In this document: in pieces, positions 12,965 to 24,389 of the stretch
Layout: every line of letters starts with the position of its first letter
Position numbering within the stretch: position 1 is the first letter of the stretch
Assembly (NCBI GenBank): GCA_047495785.1
Contig: JBLDXI010000054.1
Span: forward strand, 434,001-498,000
Direction of reading: 5' to 3'
DNA from: Lepidodermella squamata
Lineage: Eukaryota > Animalia > Gastrotricha
DNA: 64,000 nt
The notes under the pieces: model-generated
Told to the model about the DNA's origin: nothing
Seen by the model: only the letters and a program-made list of their open reading frames with translations
Databases searched by the model: none
Translations under genes and position numbers: made by a program

Positions 12965-13516
12965 GAATTGAATTGAATTCAAATATTTATTGTTCATTGA
13001 TATAATATGAATAAGGGAGACGAAATAAGTGAAATATATCAATGACGCGGGGTCGCAAGATTATATGCGCTCGCCGGCGGCAGTGCGATTGTTGACACAA
13101 GTGGGCGGGGTGATGGATTATTTATCGAAGGCAGACACACATGTAAACACAGCGAAGGAGAAGGGGAGGAAGAAGAAGGGTAGAGAGAGGAGAAAGCAAA
13201 GGATAGAGGGAGAGAGAGAGGCGGCAAGGTCAGACATCGAAGGACCCCGAGGAAGCCTGCTGGCGATCAAGGCCAGCGGGGAACGGGGCGGAGAGGCGGA
13301 GTCGCTCGATTTCTTCTCTAAGAGGGAGAACGAACCGGACGGCATTCGCAGCACAACGGCGCTGGGTCTGCTCGAAGAAGGCAGGCAGGCTCTTCACGCC
13401 ACAGCGGCGTTCCAGCTCTGAGACACGGACCCAGTCATCGCGGCGGATGTTTAGCAGGCTGCGCAGACAGTCGTTCTGAAACACATCAAGCTGCTCAGCT
13501 GCCTCTTGGGCGCGGT
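12965..13516 (-). mobile_element. 5'-truncated LINE 3' end with short tandem-repeat tail (reads (GAATT)n on the + strand)
   Basis: Near-identical to 52450-53010 (LDV.QNDCLRSLLN..., pyrimidine-rich 3' UTR, AATAAATATTTGAATT tail). Confidence 0.9.
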
Positions 13517-13985
13517 ATTTCATATTCAAATTATCAGACAGGCAGTTTTAGTGATAATCTTAGTTCTTAGGTGATCCTTGCGAAGAATATCGCTGAGTTG
13601 AGTGAATTTTTATGTTAGTTTAGCACTTACCAATCTTTGCGGATCTTTGGCTTAACTCAGGTTATGGCTCGAGGAATTTTACTGGAAGTTGGCATGTCGA
13701 TTCCTCAGGTTCGCAACTTTTCCCGAGTAAGGAAAAAAGTTGAAGAGAATGCTGATACCTCCTCATTTGATTTTCTTTTTGATTTTGAATTGAATTTTGG
13801 TTTCATGAATCGAGGATCTGGCGGCGTCACATTTTTTGTAAAAATAATGAAACTGTCATCTGTCACTGATATGTCAAGCCTCATTGCAAATGCGAATACG
13901 AATGATTAACAGGAAGTTTCGGTTGTATTGTCTGTAGGTGAATTTCCTATCTAAACACTTTGAATAATCAATTTTGTTTGACAAA

Positions 13986-15248
13986 ATGTTGCCAACCCAG
14001 CTGAAAGCCGATCAGCGCTCTTACTTGTTGAAGGTAACGCCATGAATAATGCTTCAAAATTATACTATTATTTACTAATTTCAAATCTTACTCAGTGCTT
14101 CGATTTGATGCGAAATCGTATTCTTACTAAAGATATAGCTGAGCTCATAGCGAAAAAGATTGGCACATCGGTTGTGAAAGTGCGAAACTGGTTTCACAAA
14201 AGAAGAACAAAAAAAGACGTTGATGGGAAAGCTATGAAGATCTTGCGATTGAAAGATATTCTCGGGGAAGAAAACAACGAATTGTTGATGCTCGAAGTGA
14301 AAAATGATCCTAAACTGAGCAAGGGCAGACAGCAGATGCTGTCACGACGATTCGGCTTGACTGAGAGCCAGGTTGAACGATTCTTCCGCAAGCATCGAAG
14401 CCAACGAAGGGCACGTGTTCAATTGAAGTTGACATCCCATCTAATTGAAGAATTCGAGAAGGTTAAAACGAGGAGCGCTATTTGTTTTATCTGGTGGTGG
14501 ATTTTTTTTACAGAAATTCAAGCAGAATCCTGGCGCTTCAAAGAAAAGGTGCCGCGAAATGGCTGAATCCTTGGGCATAACAGTTAATCAGGCCACACGC
14601 CTTGTCTTAAAGCGACGAGCCCAAGTGGGATTACGTGGTAGAAAAGCAAAATCTGAATCAATTAGATTTACGAATTTTCAGCTGGCGGAACTACAGAAAG
14701 CATTCCATTCAACAATGGCAAGGGGCGACAGATTTGACGATGCACTTTATGGAAGTTTGGCTGAACAAACCGGATTGAGAAGGTATTGGGTCAGGAATTG
14801 GTTTGTTACCAAGCGCAAATCTGTTGGCCTCGGAAAGCGATTAGCTCTTGATCAAAACACTGCCTGCGTTTTAAATGCTGTGAGTTCACCCTTGGTGGAA
14901 GGTTGAAATATTCCAGATGTATTATTCTTCAGGATGGCCGAGCGCAACTGACCTTGGAACAGCGACTTGTCCTGGAGAAGGTGGTTTTATTAGTTTGAAG
15001 AGTTGGAGATATTTATTCGCTCCATTATGCTAATAATTTAGGAGTATGCAACCTCAAAATTCGTAAAGCACTTGCAAGCTGAACGTCTAGCTGCCTCAAT
15101 CGGATATCCCACCGAGAAGGCAATAACGTTTACACTTTATTTCCGAGTTCTTTCTTTATTCCTTTCATTTTTGTAGATAAAGAAGTGGTTCAGGTTGAAA
15201 AGAGAGAATGAAAAAAAGAAACAGAAGGAAGAAGCATTAGGTTTGTGA
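13986..15248 (+). CDS. Multi-homeodomain gene copy 3, in-frame 5-HD variant (~325 aa)
   Basis: Exons 13986-14033, 14096-14461, 14514-14879, 14933-14980, 15042-15119 (GC donor), 15177-15248. The frame is open; the HD5 body and HD6 are deleted. Confidence 0.75.
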
Positions 15249-15659
15249 ACATCATGGTTTCTCCTGTAATATTTCGAAGCTAAGATCGAATTTCACAACT
15301 GCTGCTTTCACAACTTTGACATGACATCAGTTTTGAACAGCGCAGCTAAGCGACATTCATTTTCAGTAGAGCAAAACGATCGGGAATCTTGAGTTGATAT
15401 ACTTGGAATAAATATACTGTTATTAATTGATATTGAAATTTGAAATGACTATAACACAAGTATTTTATTTCCTTGGTAGGTGTAATCCTTTGAAGTATGA
15501 TGAATTCTGAATTCGTATCAAACGAGATTAGTAACAATTTCATACGAGCAGTTCTATTGCTTATAAAAGGTAATATTTCCGATATAATATCGAAATAGAA
15601 TCCTAACGTAGGTTGACAGTTGACATGTCAATTCAGCAGATCCAAAATTGGGCGTCCTC

Positions 15660-16030
15660 GAAAGCTTAAGACGGCTCTGGTTGCCTCGAAGAATTTCGGA
15701 ATGCCGTCGAAGGCGCAAATGAAGGGTGAACGCAGAGGAAGGGTGGGCCATGTCGAGGTCCTCGCACAGCGGCAGCTCGAATTGGTCAGCAGACAATGAA
15801 AGACCCGACACTGGGAACACGAACTCGGTCCTCGTTCCTCACAGTGGACGTTACAACGAGCAATCCATCTGTAAAATAAAGAGCCTGAGCAAATTATGCT
15901 CGGAGGCTGACGACATACAGACGAGGCCGAAGGCCCAGTTAGAGCGAACAGGGGTAAGATAAAGAGTCCGGCGCCAGCCTCGGGATAAGAGTAAAAGTTC
16001 GACAGCGCTCCCCACCACCGACGTCAATTG
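15660..16030 (-). mobile_element. Degenerate LINE ORF2 C-terminal fragment
   Basis: WRRTLYLTPVRSNWAFG...LPLCEDL matches WRRTLYLTLVRS...LPLREDL at 54767-55243. Confidence 0.7.
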
Positions 16031-16238
16031 GGGCCAGTGTGCGACTTTCAGGGGGGATGAGGGGATGGCCCCCCCCCCCCCTCCCAGCACTGGCAGCAAG
16101 CTTCGACAAAGTTATACGCGTCACTGATTTGCGTTCCCCCGATTCAAATCCAATTCCTTGAGAATGATTTACAGGAATCTTTTCTTTTGTGTTATCTGTA
16201 GGCATTCTTAATCCGAATCACCAATTTCGCTTGGCATC

Positions 16239-17873
16239 ATGTCGCCAACCCAGTTTTATGCCGATCAGGTCTCTTACCTTATAAAGGTAGCGCTTTATTA
16301 AACTTACTTGTTATTAGTGTTTTTTTTACAATTTTATTTGCTCAGTGCTTCGATTCGATGCGAAATCGCGTTCTTACTAAGGAAATCGCCGAGTTGATAG
16401 CAAACGAGATTGGCACATCGGCTGTTAAAGTTAAAAAGTGGTTTCACACAAGGAAGGGAAAACGTGTTGATAACATGAGCAGGAAGTTTCGGCGATACCA
16501 AAATATTATAGGGGAGGAGAAATACGAACTGTTGAAATCGGAAGTGAAACATGATCCAAAGTTGACCAAGGCGAGAAAGGGACTGCTGGTACGACGATTC
16601 GGCCTCACCGAGCGTCAAGTTGAAATGTTCTTTTACAAGCATCGTATTCAACGACAGCAACCTTTTTGCTTAACACCCCAGCAGAAAGAAATGTTCGGGA
16701 AGGTATAACTGAGAACTGATAATTGCTTTCCTATAATGTTCCCGTAATGAACTGATAATGTTCGCTATAGGAATTCAAGAAAAATCCTGTCGCGTCTCAG
16801 CAAAGATGCGGTGAAGTGGCTGAAGCCGTGGGAATAACATTCAACCAGGCCAAGCGGCTAATCGTTAAACGACGAGCTGAAGTGGGGTTGCACGGTAGAA
16901 TGGCGAAATCTGAATCCATTCGATTCACAGAATTTCAACTGGCAGCACTGCAGGAAGCATTCCAGTCCACGGTGTCAAGGGGCGACAGCTTCGACCTTGC
17001 CCTTTATCAAAGTTTGGCCAAGAAAACCGGATTGAAGAAGGCCGTGGTCAATAATTGGTTCTTAACCCGGCGCAAATCTGCTGGCCTGGTAAATAAACGA
17101 GTACGTCTCGAACCAAGTTCTATCCGCGCTCTTGATGCAGTGAGTGCAACTCTTGATCAAAAGTTGCCATGTTCCTAATATTTGTGCCTCAGGAATTTGC
17201 TTTATCTAGCGGAATGTTTCGCAACAGAATGCAAACAATTGCGGAAAATTTGGGATTAACTGTCAGACAGGTTGAACACTTTTTCGTAATGAAACGGAGG
17301 CAATTGAGAACTGCGAAAAAAGAGCAATCTTGTCTTCGCACGCTCAACAATTTTCAACGAAAAGCCTTAAATAAGGTGCGATGAGGCATTGAATTTAAAT
17401 CGATGTCGGTGTACGTATTGTTATTTTTGCAATCAGGAATTCAATGAGAATCCAGATCTCCTGGAAACTGGACTAACTCGTCTTGCTGAAAGGCTGGAAA
17501 TCTCGTTTAATACTGTGAAAAGTTTCTTCGAAATCCGCCGTTCAAAAGTCAGAGGGCATTCTAGAAGCCGAACGACCTGGGAACAGCGGTTTCTTCTTGA
17601 AAAGGTTATTGTTCGAGTGTGAAGATTGAATGGATTGCTTTGCTTTATCATTGTGCTTCAATTTATTCAGGAGTATGAAATCTCCAAATTTGTAACACTC
17701 AAGCAAGCTGAACGCCTAGCTACATCATTGAGATTATCGACCGAGAGGGCAATACAGCTTACACTTTTTCCGAGTTCCCCGAATATTTCTTCAATTTATA
17801 GGTACGGGGCTGGTTCAATTCGAAACGATTTTCTGAAAAAAAGAAAGAGAAGAAGCGGGAGACGATTGGATAA
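16239..17873 (+). CDS. Seven-homeodomain protein, copy 4 (intact, ~424 aa)
   Basis: Exons 16239-16286, 16346-16702, 16771-17139, 17193-17375, 17437-17604, 17671-17748 (GC donor), 17802-17873. All introns are phase 0. Seven helix1 (Q..L.K.F) / helix3 (WF/FF..RR) units. Confidence 0.85.
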
Positions 17874-18013
17874 TGAAAATGTTGAGTCTCCTGTCGTTAA
17901 TCTGACCCTAATTGATATTTTGTTTTCAAATAATTAATGAAGAATTCATTTTCAGTAAAGCAAAATTCCTAGTAATCGTGATTGAAATGTTAATTTTACC
18001 TTATTGAACCATC

Positions 18014-19688
18014 ATGTCGCCAACCCAATTTAATGCCGATCAAGTATCTCACTTGATGGAGGTAACGCGAAGGCTACGTTTATTGAACAGTTCTTCGTAT
18101 TGTAAATGAATGTTTGTGCTTACTCAGTGCTTCGAGTTGATGCGAAAGCACAACCTTACCAAGTATATGGCTGAGGTTATAGCGAGAAATATCGGCACAA
18201 CGGTTGTTCGAGTTCAAAATTGGTTTCACAGAAGAGGAAGGAAAGGAGTTGAAGAGAAAACCAAGAAGGTATGGCGATATGAATTTATTCTCGGGAACGA
18301 AAAGAGCAAATTGTTGATGTCGGAAGTGAAGCGTAATCCCAAGTTGTTCAAGGCGAGGAAGCAGCTGTTGGCGCGAGAATTCGGTCTCACCGAGCGCCAA
18401 GTTGAAAGATTCTTCCGCAAGCATCGTATCCAACAGAGCACATGCGTTCGCCCGAAAGTGACACAGCTGCAGAAGGAAATATTCCAGAAAGTATGTTGTA
18501 AGGCGATATGAGACCCTCCGCCATAAATACATAAACGAAAATCTTTATCCCGGATACTTTTTTACTGCTACCATTTTTTTGCCATTAGGAATTCATACAG
18601 AATACCAGCGCGTCGCAGCATAGATTTCGCGAAATTGCTGAGATTGCAGGCATAACATTCTGTCAGGCCAGACGTCTTGTCGTTCAAAGACGGGCAGAAG
18701 TGGGACTCCGACGCAGAAGGGCGAAATCTGAACCCCTTGAATTCACCAAGTCCCAACTAGCAGAACTGCAGGAAGCATTCCAGTCAACAATGGTGAGGGG
18801 CGATAGCATTGACGATGCCCTATATGAAAGTTTGGTTGGGAAAACTGGATTGAAAAAAACTGCGATCAAGAATTGGTTCTCCGACCAGCGCAAATCAGGT
18901 GGCCTCGCGAGGAAACAAAAAATGCTCGATACAAGTATTATCTGCGCTCTAAATGCTGTGAGTTTTTGCTAAAACGTTTCAATGATCCAAATAAGCTTTT
19001 CCTCAGGAATTCGCTGTATCGAGCCGAATGGAAGACGGCAGAGTGCAAGCAATTGCGGACAAGTTGGGATTAACTTTTGGACAGGTTACACATTTTCTCG
19101 CTATCAAGCGAAGGCAATTGAGGACTGCAAGAAATGAGCAATCCCGGTGCAGCGGACTGGAGCGTGACCAACGTAATGCGTTGACTAAGGTGTGATTAGT
19201 CTCTTAATGCCAATCGATAACTTTTTCTATGTTCAGCAATTCGATGAGAATCCAGATCTACAGGAAAGTGGAATAACTCGTCTGGCTGAACGATTGGAGA
19301 GCCCTCTTAATATTGTGAAACGTTTCTCCCAAACGCACCGTGCGGAAGCTAGAGGTCCTGGTGTATGTCGAGTTACCTGGGAGCAGCGGCTTCTTCTAGA
19401 AAAGGTAAACAAAAATTAACAAGTTTGATTTTTGAAGGGTGAAGGCGTTACTTTGTTTCATAATTTTGATTCAATTTTTTCAGGAATATGAAATCTCCAA
19501 ATTCGTAACACGCGATCAAGCTGAACGACTAGCAACGTCAATCGGATATCCGGCCGAGAAGGCAAAATAAACCCTACACTGTTATTTTCCTTAGAAAATG
19601 TTTTGATCATTTTTAGATACAGCGGTGGTTCAGTTGGAAACGTTATTCGAAAAAAGGAAACCGGAGAAAGAATCAATCGGTTTCATAA
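18014..19688 (+). CDS. Seven-homeodomain protein, copy 5 (intact, ~426 aa)
   Basis: Exons 18014-18061, 18128-18490, 18589-18957, 19007-19189, 19237-19404, 19484-19561 (GC donor), 19617-19688. No stop codons. Confidence 0.85.
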
Positions 19689-19918
19689 TATCTCATCTCA
19701 CGTCGAATGACGCAAAATCAACTTAAATGAATGATATTGAATTTTAAATTTAGCGATTCTCTCGACCCTGTCTAATATGACATCAGTGAAATGCCTGATA
19801 TGAAATAACTGTTCATAATTTGATGTCTTTATCAGAACGGGGAGGAAATTTTTATTTTGTTGCTGTTGAAACTAATTTCACTGCTTGGAAATTCCCAGGC
19901 TGTCGTTACTCGAGCATC

Positions 19919-20430
19919 ATGTTAGACCCAAAAAAGCAACTTTCACAAAATCAATCGTCCTATTTGCTAAAGGTTACAACTGACCAATTCCTTAATCGTT
20001 GTTAGTGATACTAATTTTGTGTCTACAAGAGCTTCGAAGTGATGCGCGATCGTATTCTCACTAGCGGTATTGCAAATCGCATAGCGAAGAAGATTGGCAT
20101 ATCGGTTTTTCAAGTTGGAAATTGGTTTTACAGAAGAAGAAAACATGAAAGGCATTGGCGCCCACCTCGATTGGAAATGATTAGCCAGTGGCAATGGCGT
20201 AGAATCATCAGGGTAGCTGAATCATGATTCGCATTCCTGAGAATTTGTCTGTAACCCTTATCCAGGAGGTCGATAATCACTACGTCCTTCCTCGGCATGT
20301 AATAACTAAGCTGATGGCCGAAACTGGACTGCATGCGATTCAAATCGGCCGCTGAGACGAGCTTCCACAAAATACCGCGCATTAATGATGGCGAAGAACG
20401 GATATCAAACGCCTTGCAAAAAGGTATTAC
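19919..20430 (+). pseudogene. B-type homeobox gene (HD1 plus a distinct second HD), stop inserted in helix 3
   Basis: MLDPKKQLSQNQSSYLLK|SFEVMRDR...VGNWFYRRRK...WRRIIR|EVDNHYVLPRHVITKLMAETGLHAIQ, then a foreign patch carrying TGA at 20353-20355. Paralog at 30412. Confidence 0.7.
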
Positions 20431-20624
20431 AGCCACAGCCAGAGGTTCGCAAATACCTTTCCCCAGATGCGCAAGAGTGGCGCACGCGACCGGTCCTACG
20501 TGCGCCACTCTTCCATATTGCATTCTCCTTAAGCCAGTTGAAAAACTAATATTCAGGGTGTTTTTCATGAATAATTTGGGTTTCTGCGAATTTTGCTTAG
20601 TTGAACTTCTTCATATTCTTCATA

Positions 20625-20870
20625 CCGGCCGTGGTGGACGCGGTGCGCGATTCGCAGCGGCACGTCAGGAGCGGATCGGTGAGCACGGAACGCGTACTGG
20701 TTGTCAGGCAGCAGGCTGAGATCCTCCATGAACCCACTTAACCAGCGCGCGATGATCGATTCGAGTAGCTTGCCGTCAACTGGGAGCAGCGAGATCGGCC
20801 GCTGAGATGAGATGGCGCCATCAGAAGAGTGGGGCTTGAAAAGGGGCAAGCGTTTGTGCGGAGTGCGCAC
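20625..20870 (-). mobile_element. Internal LINE RT fragment
   Basis: SSQRPISLLPVDGKLLESII...NQYAFR is the RT N-terminal motif; the sequence matches 51600-51740. Confidence 0.85.
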
Positions 20871-21097
20871 TCTGGTTGGCGTTGCTTCTACTATGTATGA
20901 GATGCGACGTAATAATGAAGTTATCCCGATAATACAAATTAGCTTGTCCCGGTACGAAGTATTTTATTACAAATATCAAGAAAGTACTGCCAAGGATCTT
21001 CCTTACTTCGCAACTCGTACGATAGGTGATGCGTTTGCAGCTGCATTGTTTTAAATTCTCGGTTGGCTTAACGTTTTTCCCTCTCTAGTTCGGGGAT

Positions 21098-21260
21098 CAT
21101 GGTGCGAAGAACAGGTGTGCTGCGGTGTCGTGACCCCAGCTAACGGGACATCAACCTGAGGAAGGCTAAAAAACCACAGGGGGATCCTTTGATATCTTCG
21201 GATGGGTCCTGGAAAACAAGTAGAAAACATCTCAGCTCCCGGATCCTACTTAGCACACTG
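21098..21260. mobile_element. hAT-type MITE (family of 6452-6617)
   Basis: CATGGTGCGAAG...CTTAGCACACTG; the body is the reverse complement of 6452-6617. Confidence 0.75.
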
Positions 21261-21488
21261 CGGGGGATTGTAGGATTGTTCCGCATTAGTCGTTTCGAGT
21301 TACGGGATTGACATTTGACACAAAACAACGGGGGCTCAGGTATACTCAACGAGGTTATCCGGGAAGCAAACCGCATGTGGGAATATTTCAGACGAAGCGC
21401 TCTGGTGTTGGCTCAATGAGCAGGGAAGCTTAGAAGATGGGATATAGCTGTTATCAACCTGTAATCCTCAGTTAGCTTCGATCCGTGC

Positions 21489-23795
21489 TCAATTCGTTGG
21501 CCGATTACGTTTGAGCACCGGGTGGAGCAGTAAAACCGATTCCATTATGGAGAATAATAGCGTCGTTAAGCTGATAGCTGATCGCTGATTGGCAGGATTT
21601 TCGGATAACAGTATGGCAATCAAAGCGCCAGCCGGTAACACAGTGGCACCGGTGATGGCCGCGATGCAAGACGCCGAAAACTCGGGGCAATTCTCAGATG
21701 CACCTCGAATATGTTTCAGTTGAAACACAGCCATCAGCGTGTAAATGAGCAGCAGCATTTGAATGGCCCCGATCGATCCCAACAGGGCTAAGCTAACACC
21801 CGACATTTCACATTCAACGAACCAAGTTTCTACTAAAGTGTCTGCATTTTCATCGTAAATGAGCCGCTGATTTGACTGTTCAACGCACTTTGAGTTGTAG
21901 CGCGTAATCAACCATGTGATAATCAGGGCTAAGCTAGGGCAAGCTGAAACAGGCCCGTAAATCACGGTTTTGTTGTCCAAAGTTCTGAACGTCGCAGGCG
22001 GGAATCGAACTAGTTTTTGTGATCGATTCTTCGGCGAGCCGTACACGCTGAGCGGGAAATGTGGGCTTGCGACGGCGATTCGCGATTTCCACAGGCCTTT
22101 TCTCATGTTCGTTCTAACAAATGCATTCACCAGCGACATCCTAGCTGTAATCAGGCTGCAAACTACACTCAAGCCGAGGCCCATAAGGAAAAACGAGGCG
22201 TTTTCGACTGCTGCGCTTCCGGCACTTAACTTCGTCACGGAAAGGGCTGAAGCTGCGTTTAAGCATAACAGGCCCATTAAGCCCAACGTTTTTGACCGTC
22301 CATAATTCCAGGTAACACATTTCTTGAAAGAAATCGCCGCTATACCAGCTAGCTGGAAAAAGGATGAGAAGATCACAAGGGCTACTACAATCGAAAAAAC
22401 TACAGTTGAAATTCGGAGAATTATTTTCCGAAAAACTGGTTGATCTAGCGGAAGTTTTATCGAGTTCGTGCCATATACCCTTTCTAGCGAGTAACTTCTC
22501 AGATCGAATTCTTCAAGAGATTTGTTCAGACTTTGCTTGACAAGGTATAGTATCTGCATACCAGCTGCCTGGCTCCACTGAGTCTCAACCTGAACATCCC
22601 CTAGAAATTGGCCAGTTTTGCTGTAAGAAGTTCTGCCAACTCTGATTCCATTCGGCTCACTGGCCAGAATAACTTCTTTGGCAATGGAAACCACGATTTC
22701 AGGGCGACTGTGATAGTCTCTGAGTGAGAGATTGAATTCAGCTTTCAGCCTGCGATCAGTCTCATTCAGAGCTAAAATGGCGCTTGTAAAGACATCGTGA
22801 ATGTGGAACGAAGTCAAGAATTGATCTACAGTGAAGTTTGTTGCTCTACCTATGAAAGTCTCAAACTGATCAGCTGTATCGCCAAGGTCTGAGATTCTGT
22901 CGCGAACCGTCGGTATTTGCGCATTTCCAAAGTAGAAAGTTTGCCTAGCTTGTTCTTTCAGGATTTCCGAACTGCAGCCAGGTGGAGGTAATAGCGAGAA
23001 AGCGTTTGAAACTGCTAGGAAAACAAATCTAGGCCCAGTTATCCCAGCCTTGTAAGCCTCACAAAGAAAGCGCGGGACAACTAGTGTGCTGAAGCTTGTG
23101 ATAACTAGAATCCTTAAGCCCGATCGCTTCAGACTCGCAATCACCTCCGACGCTTCGTCATCGATAGTGTTGAAAAGTGGAACTTCAACCCCGGCTGCTA
23201 CTGCTTGGTCGTTGAAAAACAGCCCGGTCAGCATGTCGTTGCTGTACAAGGTTGTCGCGAGTGTGGCGACCTTTTTCCATCCACCGACCTGCTTTATGAA
23301 AGTCAAAATCGCCATTGCAGTTGTTCTTGCTGTAGCCATTGTAAGGAACAAATTAGGGTACAGCTTTTTGTCGGTCAGCAGCTGAGCGACGCAAAAGCTC
23401 GGCAAAGAAACTGACTGAATGTGGCTTAGAAAAGTCCCGACGGCCTTGCAGCCCGTTGAAGTTGCCGGTCCTATGATGATTGGGGATTGCAGCCCGATCG
23501 AAGGGTCTTCTCTGCGGAAGCCAATCAAGCGCGAAGCTGCTTGTATTCCCATCATCTCATCCATTAGCTGGAACTCGATGAAATAGTCACTCAGCACATC
23601 GCTTTTTGAGTTCATTTTGTCTGCTACATAATGCATGGTTGCCACCCCGGCTTGACTTTGTTTTGGGTCGATCAATTCTATCGGGGACAGGAGTGCCACC
23701 CGCAGCTTTTGTGCCCTGTAGCCAGCCTCCATGCTTGACCGAATCGCAGAAATATACATTAGAAGCGTTATAATGATGAAGCTGTTTGAAACCAT
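21489..23795 (-). CDS. Intronless class C GPCR (GABA-B-like Venus flytrap domain + 7TM), ~768 aa
   Basis: Signal peptide MVSNSFIIITLL. VFT motifs IIGP.TS, L.DKKLYPNLF, GGWKKVATL and GITGPRFVF. Hydrophobic 7TM C-terminus. Inserted antisense within the homeobox array. Confidence 0.85.
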   Translation of the reverse strand: MVSNSFIIITLLMYISAIRSSMEAGYRAQKLRVALLSPIELIDPKQSQAGVATMHYVADKMNSKSDVLSDYFIEFQLMDEMMGIQAASRLIGFRREDPSIGLQSPIIIGPATSTGCKAVGTFLSHIQSVSLPSFCVAQLLTDKKLYPNLFLTMATARTTAMAILTFIKQVGGWKKVATLATTLYSNDMLTGLFFNDQAVAAGVEVPLFNTIDDEASEVIASLKRSGLRILVITSFSTLVVPRFLCEAYKAGITGPRFVFLAVSNAFSLLPPPGCSSEILKEQARQTFYFGNAQIPTVRDRISDLGDTADQFETFIGRATNFTVDQFLTSFHIHDVFTSAILALNETDRRLKAEFNLSLRDYHSRPEIVVSIAKEVILASEPNGIRVGRTSYSKTGQFLGDVQVETQWSQAAGMQILYLVKQSLNKSLEEFDLRSYSLERVYGTNSIKLPLDQPVFRKIILRISTVVFSIVVALVIFSSFFQLAGIAAISFKKCVTWNYGRSKTLGLMGLLCLNAASALSVTKLSAGSAAVENASFFLMGLGLSVVCSLITARMSLVNAFVRTNMRKGLWKSRIAVASPHFPLSVYGSPKNRSQKLVRFPPATFRTLDNKTVIYGPVSACPSLALIITWLITRYNSKCVEQSNQRLIYDENADTLVETWFVECEMSGVSLALLGSIGAIQMLLLIYTLMAVFQLKHIRGASENCPEFSASCIAAITGATVLPAGALIAILLSENPANQRSAISLTTLLFSIMESVLLLHPVLKRNRPTN

Positions 23796-24389
23796 GTTTT
23801 GTCGATATTGAAATGAACTGAGGGCAAACTGAAATCTGCGGATTCCATGGATATCCGCATGAATGCAGTCATGCTTGGTTTTATATTTCAAAATCGATAC
23901 ACCCCCGAAAAATGTTATCAGGACTTGATCGATAAGAGACGGGCTCGGACTCGTGCGTCACGTTAATCGGGACAAAAAATAGTCGTAAACATTGAGGTTG
24001 ATTCATCAATGCAGCATCCGCCCATTAAAGCGGAAAAATGACATTTGGTACAGTATCATCCCGAAAAACTATGACCGCTGATATGAAGTCATTTGTGAGT
24101 ATTTTAGGGCGAAAAAATCCCACATGGAAGTTTTACAGTGCTACTAATCATTGATGGTTGATAGTCATTTTCAAAATGTTCAAACGCAGCTGATTATCGT
24201 AGCCATTATGCGAACATAATATTAGATCAATTTGTAGATCACTGATAAAACAATTTTATGATATTTATTTATTTATTTATTTAGAAGCTATTACACCCAA
24301 AGAGGGAAGCTTGATACTTCTTATCAAATGTAGTCTAAATCAATATGGAATAAATTTGGAACAGGAGGCGCGTGCTAACAAGATGGAGC

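Noticed and set aside
23796-23891. N-terminal extension of the GPCR ORF
   Set aside because: It starts at a non-ATG codon; the signal peptide begins at the ATG at 23795.
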